Origin: an uncultured candidate division Zixibacteria bacterium | GTDB lineage: Bacteria > Zixibacteria > MSB-5A5 > GN15 > FEB-12 | Length of the DNA: 64,000 bases | Direction of reading: 5' to 3' | Assembly (NCBI GenBank): GCA_963806185.1 | Contig: CAWDXE010000004.1 | Location: forward strand, 352,001 to 416,000 | Shown: piece by piece, positions 60,379-64,000 of the stretch | Numbering within the stretch: the stretch's first letter is position 1 | Layout: each line of letters opens with the position of its first letter | Notes under the pieces: model-generated | Told to the model about the DNA's origin: nothing | The model's input: only the letters and a program-made list of their open reading frames with translations | Databases searched by the model: none | Position numbers and translations under genes: made by a program

Positions 60379-60598
60379 AAAAATGTACTGCGAAGTATGG
60401 GATATTTGGGCGGACGGATTGGTCTGTAGCATTCGGCAATTCAGGCCGTCCAATTCAAAGGGCACGGCTTGACAAGAATGCTGCGTACCGGCCTGCCCGA
60501 ATCTTGGTCGAGGGCGCTCATATATGCAGACAGCCCGCCCAGGGGCGGAGGAAGCTGTGATCACGATGAACTGTCACCACCTTTGCCAAGGAGCGATC

Positions 60599-60973
60599 AT
60601 GAATCGATTTCCGCCTTTGCGCCTCCTGGCGGTAGTAATCGTCCCACTTGCCGCCGCCGGTCTCATATCTTGTTCCGGGAGCGACAGCCCGACCGGACCG
60701 GGCGGAGGAGGAACCACTCCTCCCAACACTGTCAACATCTCCGGCAACGATTTCTCACCGGCCGACAAGACCATAGCCGTCGGCACGAAAATCACCTGGG
60801 TCAATAAGGATGGCGTCAACCACACCGTCACCAGCGACAACGGCGCCTTCACGTCTTCCGGCACACTTGCTCACAACGCGACGTACGAGTTCACGTTCAC
60901 GACGCCGGGGACCTATCCGTATCATTGTGCCATACACGCTGCGATGAAGGACACGATCACGGTGACCCCGTAA
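60599..60973 (+). CDS. Cupredoxin (plastocyanin/amicyanin-like) lipoprotein
   Basis: Lipobox LISC; type-1 copper ligands NHTV and YHCAIHAAM. Confidence 0.9.
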   Translation: MNRFPPLRLLAVVIVPLAAAGLISCSGSDSPTGPGGGGTTPPNTVNISGNDFSPADKTIAVGTKITWVNKDGVNHTVTSDNGAFTSSGTLAHNATYEFTFTTPGTYPYHCAIHAAMKDTITVTP

Positions 60974-61001
60974 TCGACTTCCACCCATCGGCACAGTAAC
61001 G

Positions 61002-61044
61002 AGAAGGACAATCGCGTACGAACGGCAACGCGTTGTCCTTCTTT
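61002..61044 (+). terminator. Terminator after the cupredoxin gene
   Basis: AGAAGGACAA...TTGTCCTTCT stem with a T tail. Confidence 0.6.
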
Positions 61045-61114
61045 GTGTTCGCCTCAATCGGTCGGCGATTTGGGACGGCGGGCGATACTCCCAACAACTT
61101 TTCTACAAAAATAC

Positions 61115-61173
61115 TTGACAAGAGCGATCCATCTTAGTATTTAACCGACAAGTTAATTAACCGGGTGGTGTAA
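61115..61173 (+). promoter_or_regulatory. Promoter and tandem ArsR operator
   Basis: TTGACA at 61115, then TTAACCGACAAGTTAA and TTAACCGGGTGGTGTAA overlapping the -10/+1 region. Confidence 0.6.
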
Positions 61174-61178
61174 TACGC

Positions 61179-61589
61179 ATGATGACTGATCGTCTCAGCA
61201 CAACTTTTGCGGCTCTGGCCGATCCGACGCGACGAGCGATTCTCGCCAGCCTGACTCGTGGTCAGTCCTCGGTCCAGCAATTGGCCGGTCCCTTCCGCAT
61301 GAGTTTACCGGCAGTTTCCAAGCACCTAAAGGTGTTGGAACGTGCCGGCCTGATAGAACGCGGCCGTGAGGCCCAGTGGCGGCCGTGCCGATTGCAGGCG
61401 GGACCGCTCAAAGACGCTTCCGATTGGATAGAGCATTACCGGTGCTTCTGGGAAGAGAGTCTGGACCGGCTTGAAATCTACTTGCAGGAGATTCAGCGGC
61501 AGGAGAAAACGGCAGGCCCCACGAGCCGTCGCAAGGTGAGCAATTCCGTCAGACGGAGAGGCATGAAAACAGACGGACGCCGGAAGTGA
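61179..61589 (+). CDS. ArsR/SmtB family transcriptional regulator
   Basis: FAALADPTRRAIL and MSLPAVSKHLKVLERAGLI. Confidence 0.93.
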   Translation: MMTDRLSTTFAALADPTRRAILASLTRGQSSVQQLAGPFRMSLPAVSKHLKVLERAGLIERGREAQWRPCRLQAGPLKDASDWIEHYRCFWEESLDRLEIYLQEIQRQEKTAGPTSRRKVSNSVRRRGMKTDGRRK

Positions 61590-61696
61590 TGGTCAATGAG
61601 AAGAGTCGCCAAAGCGGCGGAGCCAGTCGGTGGTGCGTTTGAATGCACCGGATGAAAACAGGCAAGAAAGAACTTTCGATATCTCAGGAGTTGAAC

Positions 61697-62674
61697 ATGA
61701 GCACAAAGAATTCCGCCCCGGAGACAGTGGCCGACCGTGAAATCGTTATCTCGCGTCTGATAGGTGCCCCGCGCGAACTGGTTTTCGAGGCCTGGACCGA
61801 TCCAAAACACATTATCAAATGGTGGGGACCGCGAGGCTTCACCCATACCTTTCAAGAAATCTCCGTCAAGCCGGGCGGAGTGTGGCGATTCATCATGCAC
61901 GGTCCCGACAGCGTCGATTACCCCAATTACATTGTGTTCGACGAAATCGTCAAACCGGAGCTTATCACCTACACTCATGGCGGCACCAAGGAGGGGGATG
62001 ATGTCCATTTCAAAGCCACCATTACCTTTGTCGCGCAAGGTAACAAAACCCGACTCACCCTGCGTATGCTGTTCGGCACAGCGGCTGAACGCGAACAAGT
62101 TGTGAGAGTGTACAAGGCGATCGAGGGCGGCAACCAGCACGTGGATCGGCTCGAAGAACATCTGGCCGGCATGATTGCGGGAGAGCCATTTGTGGTGTCG
62201 CGGACATTCGACGCACCGCGCGGACTGGTCTGGAAAGCCTGCACCGAGCCTGAGCGAATGAGACAGTGGTTTGGCCCCAAGGGGTTTGAAGGCACGGTTG
62301 CGAAGATGGATTTCCGGGTGGGAGGCTGGTATCACTATTGTCTCCGCTCGCCCGATGGGAGCGACTTGTGGGGAAGGTTCACCTATCGGCATATTCAGAA
62401 GCCGGAGTTGATCATATTCGTCAGTTCGTTCTCGGATAAGAATCGAGGGCTGACTCGTCATCCGATGGCGCCGACCTGGCCGGCCGAAATGCTGTCGACT
62501 TTCACTCTGACAGAAAAAGGGGGGAAGACGACGTTCACCGTGTCTTGGACGCCAATCAATGCCACTGCCGAGGAACTCAATGCCTTCCGCGAAGGGTTCA
62601 ATAGTATGAAACAGGGTTGGGCCGGCACGATGGAACGGTTTACTGAGTACCTGACCCACGAAAAGGGAAAGTGA
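61697..62674 (+). CDS. Tandem SRPBCC (AHSA1-like) domain protein
   Basis: Two APR.LV(F/W).A.T.P...W(W/F)GP.GF repeats; AGGAG RBS. Confidence 0.9.
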   Translation: MSTKNSAPETVADREIVISRLIGAPRELVFEAWTDPKHIIKWWGPRGFTHTFQEISVKPGGVWRFIMHGPDSVDYPNYIVFDEIVKPELITYTHGGTKEGDDVHFKATITFVAQGNKTRLTLRMLFGTAAEREQVVRVYKAIEGGNQHVDRLEEHLAGMIAGEPFVVSRTFDAPRGLVWKACTEPERMRQWFGPKGFEGTVAKMDFRVGGWYHYCLRSPDGSDLWGRFTYRHIQKPELIIFVSSFSDKNRGLTRHPMAPTWPAEMLSTFTLTEKGGKTTFTVSWTPINATAEELNAFREGFNSMKQGWAGTMERFTEYLTHEKGK

Positions 62675-63096
62675 GGCTGAATTTGGCTGAATCTTCAATA
62701 TTTGCGAAATGGCAAGCGTGGGCTCCGCAGCAATTGAGCCTGCTCAGGATAGTCGCCGCGTACATGTTCATGCTGGCCGGGACGTCGAAGTTGTTCGCCT
62801 TTCCGGTCGGCATGCCGCCCAACGGCGACACGGCGCAACTGCTGACCCAAGTGGGGATAGGCGGAGCGCTAGAGGTGTTTGGCGGCGCCCTGCTGCTGCT
62901 CGGGCTGTATACTCGCCCGGTGGCGTTTATTCTGGCGGGGGAGATGGCGGTGGCCTATTTCCAGTTTCATGCCCCGGGGAGCTTTTGGCCGACAGTTAAC
63001 GGGGGAGTCTCCGCCGTGATCTATTGTTTTGTCTGGCTGTATATCTCGGCCGCGGGGGCGGGGCCGTGGAGTGTGGATGCGTGGCGAGTCCGGTGA
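62671..63096 (+). CDS. DoxX family membrane protein
   Basis: LLRI...GTSKLF, GLYTRPVAFILAGEMAVAYF and GAGPWSVD. Confidence 0.9.
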   Translation: MRLNLAESSIFAKWQAWAPQQLSLLRIVAAYMFMLAGTSKLFAFPVGMPPNGDTAQLLTQVGIGGALEVFGGALLLLGLYTRPVAFILAGEMAVAYFQFHAPGSFWPTVNGGVSAVIYCFVWLYISAAGAGPWSVDAWRVR

Positions 63097-63223
63097 CAGA
63101 GCTTCGGCGCCTGAACCGACGGTTTGAACCAGGAGCATGCTGCTTGAGATTGCTCGGCTGTTTTTGGTCCGACCAGGCCAAAGGTGCATATAAAGCTGAA
63201 CACAGTTTTACCTTGGAGTCGTT

Positions 63224-63976
63224 TTGAACAAAGTCGCGAAGGTAACGATCTCCTTTTGGATCATGAAGATCTGTGCGACTACTCTGGGAGAGACCGCCGG
63301 GGACCTCTTCTCAATGACCATGAACCTGGGCTATGCCATCAGCTCGATGATTCTCATCGGAGTGTTCATTGTCAGCCTCGTTTCACAGGTCCGAGCTCGC
63401 CGGTTTCATCCGGTCCTCTTTTGGATTGTGATCCTGACTACCAGCACAGCCGGTACGACAATGTCGGATTTTATGGATCGTACGCTCGGGCTGGGATATG
63501 CAAATGGCGCACTAATCCTTGTGTCATGTCTGCTTGCGGTTCTGGCTGCCTGGCGCCTGAGCGAAAAGACAATATCGGTCAACAGCATTCAATCCACCAG
63601 GGCGGAGCTTTTCTACTGGGCGGCCATTCTTGTATCGAATACCCTGGGCACAGCCCTGGGCGATTTTCTAGCCGACAATTCCGGGCTCGGCTTCCTGGGT
63701 GGCGCGGTCCTTATCGCCGGACTGCTTGGCCTGGTAGTTATGGCAACCTACTTCACCCGACTCGATCGAGTCATGTTGTTCTGGGTTGCCTTCGTCCTGA
63801 CCCGTCCATTCGGTGCGACTTTCGGCGACCTCCTGACGAAGGGCACGGAAAGGGGTGGTCTCGGATTCGGTACGATCGGATCATCAGCCGTACTTGCATG
63901 CCTATTGGCCGCGTTTATAATCTACTCGAAAATGACTGTAGATCGTGTGCCGTCTCACACTGAATTGGAAGCCTAG
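63224..63976 (+). CDS. COG4705/DUF347-repeat membrane protein
   Basis: FWIMKICATTLGETAGD, TAGTTMSD, TLGTALGD and LTRPFGATFGD. Confidence 0.88.
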   Translation: MNKVAKVTISFWIMKICATTLGETAGDLFSMTMNLGYAISSMILIGVFIVSLVSQVRARRFHPVLFWIVILTTSTAGTTMSDFMDRTLGLGYANGALILVSCLLAVLAAWRLSEKTISVNSIQSTRAELFYWAAILVSNTLGTALGDFLADNSGLGFLGGAVLIAGLLGLVVMATYFTRLDRVMLFWVAFVLTRPFGATFGDLLTKGTERGGLGFGTIGSSAVLACLLAAFIIYSKMTVDRVPSHTELEA

Positions 63977-64000
63977 TTGCGCAGAGGACCAGTGTGAACC

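Overview
This is a gene-dense bacterial chromosomal window with no phage, transposase, integrase or CRISPR array. Gene content (Bacteroidota-style exbB-exbD-exbD-tonB, fused ccoNO, a fused 2-oxoacid dehydrogenase E1) suggests an FCB-superphylum organism, most plausibly a Zixibacteria-like genome; this is an inference. Glycogen and sugar genes include a GH57 hydrolase, a ROK kinase, a GlmU-like protein, a GalT-like protein and glgA. Envelope genes include a polysaccharide flippase, a Ton operon preceded by a TPR protein and an unknown membrane protein, and two tandem GT-C glycosyltransferases sharing a near-identical 624-bp block. Energy genes include a ferredoxin, a group 3b [NiFe]-hydrogenase operon with an embedded cNMP-binding gene, a complete cbb3 oxidase operon and a cupredoxin. 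Also present are two S9 peptidases, an M48 protease, hisS, three tRNAs (Phe, Gly, Cys) and an ArsR-SRPBCC-DoxX cluster. Many genes, including essential hisS, are broken by single-base indels that are most likely sequencing errors. The best leads are: a candidate promoter-driven sRNA with an anti-Shine-Dalgarno loop (36660-36740); the G-rich gene-conversion block in the glycosyltransferase pair; a TGTGA-N6-TCACA box shared by the hydrogenase and cbb3 operons; and the Ton-system accessory proteins. None is a proven new system.
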